Assembly (NCBI GenBank): GCA_963729895.1
Contig: CAVSQB010000005.1
Location: 1 to 64,000 of the forward strand
Reading direction: 5' to 3'
DNA length: 64,000 nucleotides
Source of the DNA: an uncultured Fibrobacterota bacterium
GTDB lineage: Bacteria > Fibrobacterota > Chitinivibrionia > Chitinivibrionales > FEN-1185
Of this stretch, positions 36,835 through 47,435 are shown in pieces. The translations under genes and the position numbers were made by a program. Every line of letters begins with the position of its first letter. The stretch's first letter is position 1. Under the pieces are notes generated by a model, which saw only the letters and a list, made by a program, of their open reading frames with translations, was not told the origin of the DNA and searched no databases.

Positions 36835-38379
36835 ATGCCTCACTATTTTAACCGTCTGCAACAAAGAATCGTAACTAGTGCTCTCCTTGCGGCTGCGGTT
36901 TCCGTACCTCAAAGCTGGGCGCTTAATGCCCAGATCGCTTCGCCGGTTCAGAATATCACCGCATTTCTCGGCACCGTAAATGCCAAACTGGTATTCAGGA
37001 ATTTCGATCCTAACGATAGTTACCTGTATTTTGTCGATTTTTCCGTTGCTGCTCCCGCCATAACCAAAATGAACAACACCTTTGAAGCCGTCGCGCCGGT
37101 GATTTCACCCGATGGGCAGTATGTGGTTTTCGAACGGGGCGGCGTTAATGACATGACCACCCAAAATCCATGCACGTCTTTTGTTTGTAAATTAAGCGCC
37201 GATGCTCAGCCGGTAATGGTGGCTGCGGGAAATTCGTACACGCCGCGGTTTATCTATGCCGCATCGGCTCCGACAATCATCTATGCAACCTGCGCTTCGA
37301 ATCCCAACGATTCCGTAAACGGCGTCACCGCTGTCTGGAACGGGTGCGGAAAGGTTGTCAAGCGCACGTGTCAGAACCTGGTTGTCGGGCCCGAACAGGA
37401 TGTGTTTACGGGCGGGAGTTATATGGGCGGGCTTTCCTTTGATGGCAATTTCCTTGCCACGGCAAATGAAGGACCGAATTGTTTCATGCTTGATCTTCGC
37501 AATCCGGCGCCAGGTCCTGTGCGGCTTTACCGATTGGATTGTATATCGACCACCGGGGGAGCGGATACGACAATAGATCTTCAGACCTGCAATCCGTCCG
37601 TTTCGTCAAGCAGGAGATTTACCTCGTGCATGATGGTTCTCGATTTCGGGTTCAACAAACCCGGGTATACAACCACGCTGGGTTCATACTGGCAAATGCA
37701 CGAGCGCGTTCTCATGTGCGATATCCAGAATCGGGTCGTGAAAGAGTTTGATGTGAACGATCTGCCGTTCGCGGTCAAAGGTTCGTCGGCGAATCCCGGC
37801 GAAATTCTTACGACGCAATATGATAATCCGGAGTGGTCGAATCATCCCTATTATGCCGCCGCCGCCATTTATGTCGATCGCATTTTCAAACCTGCAACCA
37901 CGTGGGTGCATACGCAGAATCATGAGGCGATATACCTTATCGATTTGAAGGATTCCACCTATCTTCACATAGTCCAATCCGGCGATACGACCGCATCGAC
38001 GTCAAAAACGGATATGCGATGGCCATGGCTATGGATCAATGTTCCTCCGGGTTTTGAAACGACCGAAGATTCGAACTGGCTCAATCCGAATGCCGCTGTT
38101 GTCATGCCTCCACAATACGGCGCTGTTGGCGGCAATGAAATATATCTGCGAGATGGAATCGTAACATCCGCTTCCCCGATAACATCATTGACTATTCATA
38201 ATCTGGCCGGGCGGATCATCACTCGCTTTGAGGTGAACAATAAGCATTCAGTTTTGTTGTCCTCGTCGTGGTTCCCGAAATCCGGCATATATTTTGTCCA
38301 TGTCCTTGCTGCGGATCATGCCGCGCGGACTTTCAAGGTTACCCGGATCGTTGCGGCGGGGGCGGGGATCTCAAGATAA
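36835..38379 (+). CDS. Secreted protein resembling the C-terminal part of the Fibrobacter TIGR02171 family, with T9SS-like CTD
   Basis: KLVFRN, PVISPDG, GSYMGGLS.DG, QTCNPS, LDFG, HE.VL and WSNHP; tail IHNLAGRII...SGIYFV. Confidence 0.7.
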   Translation: MPHYFNRLQQRIVTSALLAAAVSVPQSWALNAQIASPVQNITAFLGTVNAKLVFRNFDPNDSYLYFVDFSVAAPAITKMNNTFEAVAPVISPDGQYVVFERGGVNDMTTQNPCTSFVCKLSADAQPVMVAAGNSYTPRFIYAASAPTIIYATCASNPNDSVNGVTAVWNGCGKVVKRTCQNLVVGPEQDVFTGGSYMGGLSFDGNFLATANEGPNCFMLDLRNPAPGPVRLYRLDCISTTGGADTTIDLQTCNPSVSSSRRFTSCMMVLDFGFNKPGYTTTLGSYWQMHERVLMCDIQNRVVKEFDVNDLPFAVKGSSANPGEILTTQYDNPEWSNHPYYAAAAIYVDRIFKPATTWVHTQNHEAIYLIDLKDSTYLHIVQSGDTTASTSKTDMRWPWLWINVPPGFETTEDSNWLNPNAAVVMPPQYGAVGGNEIYLRDGIVTSASPITSLTIHNLAGRIITRFEVNNKHSVLLSSSWFPKSGIYFVHVLAADHAARTFKVTRIVAAGAGISR

Positions 38380-38648
38380 TGGTCACGTTTGGACACTGCT
38401 TTTACTGTTTTCGACATTCGGGAACAAAGCGGGCAATGCCCTTGGTTTCGTTCGCAGACGTTCTGCGTCGTTTCATCTCCACACAAGGCGATCGCCGCAT
38501 GGCGGTGTGACAAGAAAACCGGGGTGGAGGAAACGCTGCGCCCCGCGCAGATCTTCCCGGTTCATACCATAATCATTTCAGCAAGGTGACATAACGGACG
38601 GCATTTTTTTATTAGACGGGCTTTTTTTTGCGCAGTGCATTCCTGTTT

Positions 38649-38699
38649 AGAACAATGAAACCCCGATTCTCTTCACGAGAACCGGGGTTTCATTGTTCT
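38649..38699. terminator. Long bidirectional hairpin between convergent genes
   Basis: AGAACAATGAAACCCCG...CGGGGTTTCATTGTTCT. Confidence 0.75.
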
Positions 38700-38744
38700 T
38701 CCCAGAAGTACCGTTTCTGAGTCCCTATTTCATCTTGTCAAACT

Positions 38745-40256
38745 CTAGTATCCTACCGCTATCTCCAACCATTGGGCTTTGCCGCTCGCGATATACGACG
38801 AGCAATTGTTATCATCGTCGTAGGGGAAGGCGTATTGCAAGTGGTAAAAAGCACGTCGATGAATGAAATACGCATAGTAACTGGCGGGAGCTTTCTGGTA
38901 CATATATTGCCATAGAGGCTGCTCGGCAGCGGGCAGATCCAGAACATGCCGGAATAGACCTGAGGATATCGGCGGAGAATTGATGTTGACGCATGCTCCC
39001 ACCCCGGTCACGTTGCACTGGGCCTCATATGCATCCCAGTAGTGGGCCTGCGACCCGCCTGTCGAGAAAGTCGGTATCTCACAAGGATCGGTGATCTTCC
39101 ATGGTTGCGAATAGAGCGCGCAGGAATCCCACATCCAGGGAACTTCGTTCACGAATTCGTCAAAGATCGACTGGCGGGGTTCAAAGAAGACCGGATAGAT
39201 CTCGCCGCGGATGAGGTCCGGGGAGCCGTCTGTGGTGTGCAGGCGCATGGCCAGAGGCGTTCCGAACCAATCCACACGCGTCAGATTGCCATCGTAGGTG
39301 GTGGGCCCGTAGTTGTGCTCTTCGAAGTCCCAGACCTTGTTCATGGGCCTAAATGGCGCCGAGGCTTTGGCATTATAGCCTACCATGATATATAATCTTC
39401 CCGCATTTGCTCCGGGAACAGGCATCGATTGATCGCTCAACCGAACCGGCGTCCCGCCATCTCCATCCGCCCAATAAATCATGCTGTCCGGATACAGGCC
39501 ATTAGTTCTATTGATGAGCTTAAAGATGAAGTGTCCTGCTGTTTTCGCAGCCGCAGACAGCGCTGCCGTATCACCCCAGAATCCTGCCGTGTCCCCGTTC
39601 CAGGTGTTGTTCTTCGCAAGGGTGAAATTGTATGTTCCGGTGAGGGAACTTATCTGCATGATTCCAAGGGAATAACCGGGTTCCGTTGCATGAAGGGTGT
39701 CCACGACGGCAGCGAGCTTTGCCAATTTTGCTTCCGGACCGGAGACGCTTTTCAGGCTGACCATTCCCGCGTTACTGAACATGGAGGGTAGCTTCATCAC
39801 ATGGTCGGTTCCATTGACGGTAAGACGGAGAACATAGAGCTGGCTGGCTATATTTCTTGTGTCCACAGCCACAGAGTAGCTCCCGGTTGTCAGCTGTTTG
39901 TTTAGCAAATCCTTGACTAATCGTCCGGTCAAATCATAGAGACCCATGCGGACGGCGCCGCTTTGAGGAAGGGAAAACAGCACCCTTCCTGCCACGAATT
40001 GGAGCTGGCCGGACGCATTCTGGGGCTCGAACTCGTTCCGCACAACGTTGACTTTGCCAACGCCAAGGGCATAATACCCGTTTGAATCGGTGCTGGTATA
40101 AAGCATGCCCACGCCCATCCTGACAAGCGTGTTGGTGAGCGGCCGGCCCGTCGCTGAATCCGTCACCCTTCCGGAGATAACCACACTGCTGGCACTGTCC
40201 TGTGAAAAGGCCATGCCTGCAATCACCAGCAACCACAGAAAACCGAACTTATTCAT
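38745..40256 (-). CDS. Secreted GH64-family beta-1,3-glucanase
   Basis: AGRLY, WDFEEH...GNLTRVDWFG.PL and YAFPYDD..SS; signal peptide and N-terminal accessory region. Confidence 0.85.
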   Translation of the reverse strand: MNKFGFLWLLVIAGMAFSQDSASSVVISGRVTDSATGRPLTNTLVRMGVGMLYTSTDSNGYYALGVGKVNVVRNEFEPQNASGQLQFVAGRVLFSLPQSGAVRMGLYDLTGRLVKDLLNKQLTTGSYSVAVDTRNIASQLYVLRLTVNGTDHVMKLPSMFSNAGMVSLKSVSGPEAKLAKLAAVVDTLHATEPGYSLGIMQISSLTGTYNFTLAKNNTWNGDTAGFWGDTAALSAAAKTAGHFIFKLINRTNGLYPDSMIYWADGDGGTPVRLSDQSMPVPGANAGRLYIMVGYNAKASAPFRPMNKVWDFEEHNYGPTTYDGNLTRVDWFGTPLAMRLHTTDGSPDLIRGEIYPVFFEPRQSIFDEFVNEVPWMWDSCALYSQPWKITDPCEIPTFSTGGSQAHYWDAYEAQCNVTGVGACVNINSPPISSGLFRHVLDLPAAEQPLWQYMYQKAPASYYAYFIHRRAFYHLQYAFPYDDDNNCSSYIASGKAQWLEIAVGY

Positions 40257-40701
40257 TCCATCCCCCTTTTTTTATGAAAACACGCTATCTGTCTTAAACG
40301 TTAAAATTCAGCCGCGGAGCCCGGCAGGATCTATCCTGGAATTTACTACAATTTTTTCGAGAAGCACGGAAAAAAATGATCCGATATAGACTGCCGTGAG
40401 ACGGCCCGCTTTTGTCGCACGTTTTGGATTTTCCCTTCGTAGGGAGCTTCCGCCTCTGCGGGCGCCTGCCTGGGTTCAGGGAAAAATATAGGTATTTGCC
40501 TCCACAGTTGTCAAATTTTAACAGACCGGTCTTGAGGCTTCTGCCCTGTGGCACAAGGGCTTGCGGCTTAGGGCTACCAAGAGGATGGCCTTCATCCGGC
40601 AGACGCTTTACAGTCCAAAGAATTCCCTGGCTGTGCAAGGATTGGGAATGATTCTTGCTGTTATGTTTGGGTCATGCCTGCCCAAATAAAGGAGAGTTTA
40701 C

Positions 40702-43700
40702 ATGCATCGCAAAAAAGTTGAGCTCATTGCCTCCGCGCTCCTTGCCGTAACAATCGGCGCGCTGTTCTTCTGCCAAAGAAATAATCCCTATGATGTGGGC
40801 TCCAATTCGTTTGTTCCAGGGAAGAAGCCGCATGTCACTTTCGTAAAAAAGACAATGTCGGCTTTTCTTTTTGACACAGTTTCAATTCCAGTGGTGTGGT
40901 CCGACACAGCCATCGGCGGCGTCAAGGGGGCAATCAAGACTTTCTACATCGATTGGCATGGCGACACGCTTTTTAACGACAGTGTCGCCGGGACCAACGC
41001 CGACACACTTGTTCTTAGGCGGGCATTTCCCGCCGGTGCTGTAACGATACGGATCAAGGCGCTCGATTACGACGGCTACTACAGCGAACCGGACAGCATG
41101 AAGCTGTCCGTGCTTTTGAGCAAGCCAACGATAGTTTCCACAAGCGGTTCTCGAACGATATTGAGAACGTCGGTTTGCACCCTGTCGGTTTCGGCAACGG
41201 ACACGGGCGGCGTAATCCAAACCTTCTTTTGGGCGGCAAACGGCACGGATTTCGCCGATTCCACTTCAACCGGATCATTTCAGGTTTCGTACGCCGATAC
41301 GGGCGCAAAGCTCGTTCTTGTCAAGGCTCGCGACAATAAGGGTATCGGGTCCGGCGTCGACACGTTTCACCTGGCGGTGTACGACAAACGCGGGGCCGTG
41401 CTTTATGACGGCAATGGAAACACGGGTGGGAGCGCGCCAACCGACACCAACACGTACGTCTCGGGCCAAACTGTCGTGGTACTCGGCAACACGGGAAATC
41501 TCGTAAAGTCCGGATATGTTTTCTCCGGGTGGAATACCCGCTCAAACGGGAGCGGCGCGAATTATTCGGCCGGAGCTGCCTTTTCGATGGATACCACAAG
41601 TGCGGTCCTCTATGCGCAATGGACAGCCAACCCCACGTTTAGTGTTTCCTACAACGGAAACGGCAACACCGGAGGCACCACACCCTCGGATACCGCGAGC
41701 TATTCGATAGGTCAAAGCGTCACGGTACTCGGGAATACGGGTTCTCTTGTCAAGACGGGGAACACCTTTGTCGGTTGGAACACTCAGGCCAACGGCAACG
41801 GCATCGGTTACGCGGCGGGGGTATCATTTGTCATGGGCTCAGGCAGCGTGACGCTGTACGCGCAGTGGACCGCCGACCCGACCTACGCCGTCACCTATAA
41901 CGGCAATGCCAATACGGGTGGCGCCGTTCCGGTTGATGGAAACAACTATCTATCGGGCTCGACCGTTACCGTGCTCGGAAACCCCGGCGGACTTGTCAAG
42001 ACCGGAAATACGTTCATCGGCTGGAACACGCAGGCCAATGGCGGAGGAACAGCCTATGCTTCGAGAGTCACGTTTACGATGGGCTCCGCCAATGTGACAT
42101 TGTACGCGCAATGGACCGCCCTTCCGACGTACACCGTTACCTATAACGGCAACGGCAACACGGCCGGGACGGCTCCGGTGGACTCCAATAGTTACATGCA
42201 GGGCCAGACGGTAACAACGCGCAGCATGGGATCGCTGGCCAAAACCGGTTATTCCTTTACAGGATGGAACACGCAAACCACCGGCGCCGGAATCGGCTAT
42301 GCAGCAGGGGCGACCTTTGCAATGGGAACCGCCAATGTAACATTGTACGCTCAGTGGACGCTCATTCCCACCTATGCAGTTACCTATGACGGCAACGGCA
42401 ATACCGCCGGGGCTGCACCTGCGGACAACAATCATTATACAGTTGGACAATCTGTCACCGTGCTCGGTAACACCGGAAATCTTTCGAAAACAAGCTATAC
42501 GTTCGTTGGTTGGAACACTCAGGCCAACGGCATCGGCATCGGTTACGCGGCCGGAGTATCATTTGTCATAGGCTCCGGCAACGTGACCCTGTACGCGCAG
42601 TGGACTGCCGACCCGACCTATGCCGTCACGTACAACGGCAACACCAACACAGGCGGGACTCCTCCCGTGGACGCGAACAACTATCTATCCGGCTCGACTG
42701 TTGCCGTGCTCGGCAATACGGGCGGACTTGTCAAGACAGGAAATACGTTTATCGGATGGAACACGCAGGCCAACGGCGGGGGAACCGCCTATGCTTCGGG
42801 AGTCACGTTTGCCATGGGCTCCGCCAATGTGACCTTGTATGCACAATGGACCGCTCTTCCGACGTACACCGTCACCTATAGCGGCAACGGCAGTACGGCC
42901 GGGACGGCGCCGGCAGACGCCAACAGTTACCTGCAGGGCCAGACAGTAACAACGCGCGGCATGGGAACGCTGGTCAAACCAGGTTATTCCTTTTCGGGAT
43001 GGAACACGCAGGCAAACGGAACCGGGATCAGCTACGCGGCAGGAGTCACATTTGCGATCGGGACTGCAAATGTCACCTTGTTTGCCCAGTGGACGCTCAT
43101 TCCCACCTATGGGGTTGCCTATAATGGCAACGGCAATACCACCGGGGCAGCGCCGGCGGACAACAACCGTTATACTGCCGGTCAACCGGTTACCGTACTT
43201 GAAAACACGGGCAATCTTTCGAAAACAGGGTATACCTTCGTGGGTTGGAACACCCAGGCCAATGGCAACGGCATCGGATACGCGACGGGGGTGTCTTTTG
43301 TAATGGGCTCCGCCAATGTAACATTGTACGCGCAGTGGACCGCAAACCCCACCTACACGGTGACCTACAACGGCAATACCAACACTTCAGGCACTGTTCC
43401 CGTGGATGGGAACAACTACCTTTCGGGTGTGAATGTCACCGTGCTCGGCAATACGGGCGGACTTGTCAAGACAGGAAATACGTTTATCGGATGGAACACG
43501 CAAGCCGATGGCGGTGGAACAGCATATGCTTCGGGAGTCACGTTTGCCATGGGCTCCGGCAATGTGACATTGTACGCGCAGTGGACTGCCCTCCCGACGT
43601 ACACTGTTACCTATACCGGCAACGGCAGCACGGGCGGGATAGCGCCCGTAGACGCCAACAGCTACATGTCGGGCCAGACGGTAACAACACTCAACATCGG

Positions 43701-46700
43701 GACACTGGTCAAAACCGGCGCTACCTTTACAGGCTGGAACACGAAGCCCGACGGCAGCGGGACCGGTTATGCGGCTGGGGCAACGTTCGCAATGGGTGGT
43801 GCAAACGTGACATTGTATGCTCAGTGGACGCTCATTCCGACTTACACGGTCGCTTACGACGGAAACGGAAATACCACCGGGGCAGCGCCGGCAGACAATA
43901 ACCAATATGTTGTGGGTCAATCTGTGATTGTGCTGGGCAACACAGGCAATCTTATAAAGACGAGCTACACTTTCGTGGGTTGGAACACTCAGGCAAACGG
44001 CAGCGGGATCAGCTATGCGGCAGGGGTGTCATTTGTGATGGGCTCCGCCATCGTGACGCTGTACGCGCAATGGACCGCGAACCCGACCTACACCGTCACC
44101 TACAGCGGCAACACCAACACCGGCGGCACTCCTCCCGTGGATGGAAACAATTACCTGTCGGGCGCGGCTGTCACCGTGCTCGGCAACACCGGCGGACTTG
44201 TCAAGACGGGGAATACGTTGATCGGCTGGAATACTCAGGCCAATGGCGGCGGAACGGCTTATGCATCGGGAGCCACGTTTGCCATGGGCGCCGCCAATGT
44301 GACATTGTATGCGCAATGGACCGCACTGCCGACGTACACCGTTACCTATAGCGGTAACGGCAGCACGGGCGGCACGGCGCCTGTCGACGCCAACAGCTAC
44401 CTGCAGGGCCAGACCGTAACAACGCTCAATATCGTGACGCTGGTTAAAACGGGATCTACCTTTACAGGCTGGAACACGAAAGCCGACGGCAGCGGGACCG
44501 GTTATGCGGCCGGGGTCACGTTTGCGATGGGTGTTGCAAACGTGACGTTATTTGCGCAGTGGACGCCCATCCCAACCTATACCGTTGTTTACAACGGAAA
44601 CGGCAATACTTCCGGGACCTCGCCGGCGGATAATAATCATTATACGGTGGGTCAATCCGTGATTGTGCTCGGCAACACCGGAAATCTTGTAAAGACAAGC
44701 TTCACATTCGTGGGTTGGAACACCGCGTCGAACGGGAGCGGCATCGGCTATGCGGCAGGGGTTTCATTTGTGATGGGCTCGGGCAACGTGACGCTGTACG
44801 CGCAATGGACCGCGAACCCGACCTACACGGTGACGTACAGCGGCAATACCAACACCGGCGGGACTCCTCCTGCGGATGGGAACAACTACCTGTCGGGTGC
44901 GACTGTCACCGTGCTCGGCAATACGGGCGGACTTGTCAAGACAGGAAATACATTCATCGGCTGGAACACGCAGGCCAATGGCGGCGGAACACCCTATGCA
45001 TCGGGAGTGACGTTTGCAATTGGCTCCGCCAATGTGACCTTGTACGCGCAATGGACAGCCCTCCCGACATACACCGTCACCTATAGCGGCAACGGCAGCA
45101 CGGGCGGAATAGCGCCGGTTGACGCCAACAGCTACATTCAGGGCCAGACCGTAACAACACTCAATGTTGGGACGCTGGTCAAGGCGGGCTCTACCTTTTC
45201 TGGATGGAACACGCAGGCGAACGGCACGGGAATCAGCTATGCGGCAGGAGTCACGTTTGCAATGGGGACATCAAATGTAACCTTGTTTGCGCAGTGGACG
45301 CTCATCCCAACCTACACGGTAGTTTACAATGGAAACGGCAATACCTCCGGGGCGGCGCCGGCCGACAATAGCCAATATACGGTGGGACAATCTGTGATTG
45401 TACTGGGCAACACAGGCAATCTTGTAAAGACAAGCTTCACATTCGTGGGTTGGAACACCGCGTCGAACGGAAGCGGCATTGGCTATGCGGCAGGGGTTTC
45501 ATTTGTGATGGGCTCGGGCAACGTGACGCTGTACGCGCAATGGACCGCGAACCCGACCTACACGGTGGCGTACAGCGGCAATACCAACACCGGCGGGACT
45601 CCTCCCTTGGATGGAAACAATTACCTTTCGGGTGCGACTGTCACCGTGCTCGGCAATACGGGCGGACTTGTCAAGACGGGAAATACGTTCATCGGCTGGA
45701 ACACGCAGGCCAATGGCGGCGGAACAGCCTATGCATCGGGAAACACGTTTGCAATGGGATCCGCCAATGTGACCTTGTACGCGCAATGGACCGCCCTGCC
45801 GACGTATACCGTTACCTATAGCGGCAACGGCAGCACGGGTGGGATACCACCGTCCGATCCTAATAGCTACCTGCAGGGCCAGACCGTAACAACACTCAAT
45901 GTCGGGACGCTGGTCAAGGCGGGCTCTACCTTTTCTGGATGGAACACGCAGGCGAACGGCACGGGAATCAGCTATGCGGCAGGAGTCACGTTTGCAATGG
46001 GGACATCAAATGTAACCTTGTTTGCGCAGTGGACGCTCATCCAAACCTACGCCGTTGTTTACAGCGGAAACGGCAATACTTCCGGGACCGCGCCCGCGGA
46101 CAACAATCAATATAGTGCCGGACAAAATGTAACAGTGCTTGGCAACACGGGAAATCTTTCGAAAACAGGGTATACCTTCGTCGGTTGGAACACTCAGGCA
46201 GCCGGTGGCGGCATCGGATATACGGGCGGGGTGTTATTCGTCATGGGCTCCGGCAATGTAACATTGTACGCGCAATGGACGGCAAACCCGACCTACACCG
46301 TCACCTACAACGGCAATACCAACACATCCGGTATTGTTCCCGTGGATGGCAATAACTATCTGTCCGGCGCGACTGTCACCGTGCTCGGCAATACCGGCGG
46401 ACTCGTTAAAACCGGCTTTAGTCTTGCCGGCTGGAGCACGAATGCCGGCGGGGGCGGGACTGTGTATGCGCCTGGAGCAACGTTTGCCATGGGCTCCTCC
46501 AACGTGACACTGTACGCTCAATGGAACGCCCTTCCAACCTATACCGTCACCTACAACGGCAATACCAATACCAGCGGCAATGTTCCGGTAGACGGCAACG
46601 CCTATCTGCCCGGCGCCACCGTGACGGTGCGCAATGTGGGAACTCTTCTAAAGACGGGATGCGCATTTGCGGGCTGGAACACGAGCGCCGACGGCAGTGG

Positions 46701-47232
46701 GAATCCTTACAGTCCGGGAGACACGTTTGTGATGGGCGCCGCCAACGTGACGTTATATGCGCACTGGACGGTCACCATTACCGCATCAGCCGATTCCAAT
46801 GGGGCGATTTTGCCGGCCGGCTCCGTTTCCGTGCCGTATAACGGGAGCCAGGCGTTCACGATCACCCCAAATGCCGGCTATCAGATTGCCACGATCACCG
46901 TTGACGGCTCACCGGTTGGTAGCCCCCAGTCGCCTTACCTATTTACAAGTGTCACGGCCGCTCATACTATTACAGCCAGTTTTGCAATTGACACCTTTAC
47001 AGTAACTTATAATGGCAATGGCAACACCGGCGGAAACGTCCCAACCGATCCAAATAAGTATACGTATGGTCAGAATGTAACAGTACTCGATAATACGGGG
47101 AGCCTTGTAAATACCGGATTCAACTTTGTAGGATGGAACACGCAGGCCGATGGCCTCGGTACGACCTATTTGGCAACGCAGACAATTGTCTCAATTTCTT
47201 CGAATATAACCTTGTATGCACTATGGCAGTGA
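40702..47232 (+). CDS. Giant lipoprotein/adhesin with 23 InlB B-repeat (Listeria-Bacteroides/Flg_new) domains
   Basis: Lipoprotein-like ALFFC; PKD-like N-region; repeated YTVTYNGNGNT...GWNT...NVTLYAQW; AAAGGAG SD. Confidence 0.93.
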   Translation: MHRKKVELIASALLAVTIGALFFCQRNNPYDVGSNSFVPGKKPHVTFVKKTMSAFLFDTVSIPVVWSDTAIGGVKGAIKTFYIDWHGDTLFNDSVAGTNADTLVLRRAFPAGAVTIRIKALDYDGYYSEPDSMKLSVLLSKPTIVSTSGSRTILRTSVCTLSVSATDTGGVIQTFFWAANGTDFADSTSTGSFQVSYADTGAKLVLVKARDNKGIGSGVDTFHLAVYDKRGAVLYDGNGNTGGSAPTDTNTYVSGQTVVVLGNTGNLVKSGYVFSGWNTRSNGSGANYSAGAAFSMDTTSAVLYAQWTANPTFSVSYNGNGNTGGTTPSDTASYSIGQSVTVLGNTGSLVKTGNTFVGWNTQANGNGIGYAAGVSFVMGSGSVTLYAQWTADPTYAVTYNGNANTGGAVPVDGNNYLSGSTVTVLGNPGGLVKTGNTFIGWNTQANGGGTAYASRVTFTMGSANVTLYAQWTALPTYTVTYNGNGNTAGTAPVDSNSYMQGQTVTTRSMGSLAKTGYSFTGWNTQTTGAGIGYAAGATFAMGTANVTLYAQWTLIPTYAVTYDGNGNTAGAAPADNNHYTVGQSVTVLGNTGNLSKTSYTFVGWNTQANGIGIGYAAGVSFVIGSGNVTLYAQWTADPTYAVTYNGNTNTGGTPPVDANNYLSGSTVAVLGNTGGLVKTGNTFIGWNTQANGGGTAYASGVTFAMGSANVTLYAQWTALPTYTVTYSGNGSTAGTAPADANSYLQGQTVTTRGMGTLVKPGYSFSGWNTQANGTGISYAAGVTFAIGTANVTLFAQWTLIPTYGVAYNGNGNTTGAAPADNNRYTAGQPVTVLENTGNLSKTGYTFVGWNTQANGNGIGYATGVSFVMGSANVTLYAQWTANPTYTVTYNGNTNTSGTVPVDGNNYLSGVNVTVLGNTGGLVKTGNTFIGWNTQADGGGTAYASGVTFAMGSGNVTLYAQWTALPTYTVTYTGNGSTGGIAPVDANSYMSGQTVTTLNIGTLVKTGATFTGWNTKPDGSGTGYAAGATFAMGGANVTLYAQWTLIPTYTVAYDGNGNTTGAAPADNNQYVVGQSVIVLGNTGNLIKTSYTFVGWNTQANGSGISYAAGVSFVMGSAIVTLYAQWTANPTYTVTYSGNTNTGGTPPVDGNNYLSGAAVTVLGNTGGLVKTGNTLIGWNTQANGGGTAYASGATFAMGAANVTLYAQWTALPTYTVTYSGNGSTGGTAPVDANSYLQGQTVTTLNIVTLVKTGSTFTGWNTKADGSGTGYAAGVTFAMGVANVTLFAQWTPIPTYTVVYNGNGNTSGTSPADNNHYTVGQSVIVLGNTGNLVKTSFTFVGWNTASNGSGIGYAAGVSFVMGSGNVTLYAQWTANPTYTVTYSGNTNTGGTPPADGNNYLSGATVTVLGNTGGLVKTGNTFIGWNTQANGGGTPYASGVTFAIGSANVTLYAQWTALPTYTVTYSGNGSTGGIAPVDANSYIQGQTVTTLNVGTLVKAGSTFSGWNTQANGTGISYAAGVTFAMGTSNVTLFAQWTLIPTYTVVYNGNGNTSGAAPADNSQYTVGQSVIVLGNTGNLVKTSFTFVGWNTASNGSGIGYAAGVSFVMGSGNVTLYAQWTANPTYTVAYSGNTNTGGTPPLDGNNYLSGATVTVLGNTGGLVKTGNTFIGWNTQANGGGTAYASGNTFAMGSANVTLYAQWTALPTYTVTYSGNGSTGGIPPSDPNSYLQGQTVTTLNVGTLVKAGSTFSGWNTQANGTGISYAAGVTFAMGTSNVTLFAQWTLIQTYAVVYSGNGNTSGTAPADNNQYSAGQNVTVLGNTGNLSKTGYTFVGWNTQAAGGGIGYTGGVLFVMGSGNVTLYAQWTANPTYTVTYNGNTNTSGIVPVDGNNYLSGATVTVLGNTGGLVKTGFSLAGWSTNAGGGGTVYAPGATFAMGSSNVTLYAQWNALPTYTVTYNGNTNTSGNVPVDGNAYLPGATVTVRNVGTLLKTGCAFAGWNTSADGSGNPYSPGDTFVMGAANVTLYAHWTVTITASADSNGAILPAGSVSVPYNGSQAFTITPNAGYQIATITVDGSPVGSPQSPYLFTSVTAAHTITASFAIDTFTVTYNGNGNTGGNVPTDPNKYTYGQNVTVLDNTGSLVNTGFNFVGWNTQADGLGTTYLATQTIVSISSNITLYALWQ
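41635..46770 (+). repeat. Intragenic higher-order repeat: 7 triplets, period 735 bp (245 aa)
   Basis: Off-frame ORFs start at 42510, 43245, 43980, 44715 and 45450; linkers cycle TANPT/TALPT/TLIPT. Confidence 0.9.
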
Positions 47233-47435
47233 GCCCGTCATTGCTATATCATCGTCGACTTGATTCCACGGTCCATTCGTGAGCACAGGCAGGGGCGCGC
47301 TACTAATCATGGCCGCCCCGCCTTCCCCAGTAGTATAATTTATAATCGATTCGAGTTACGACATACTTCTGTGCTCCCCATAAAGAAAATGAGGAACTTG
47401 GTTCCAACGGAAAACAGAAAGACCAGTTATCAACC

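Noticed and set aside
40644..40659. Sigma54-like GGGAATGATTCTTGC upstream of the giant adhesin
   Set aside because: GG-N10-GC spacing fits, but the -24 box lacks GGCA; too weak to call
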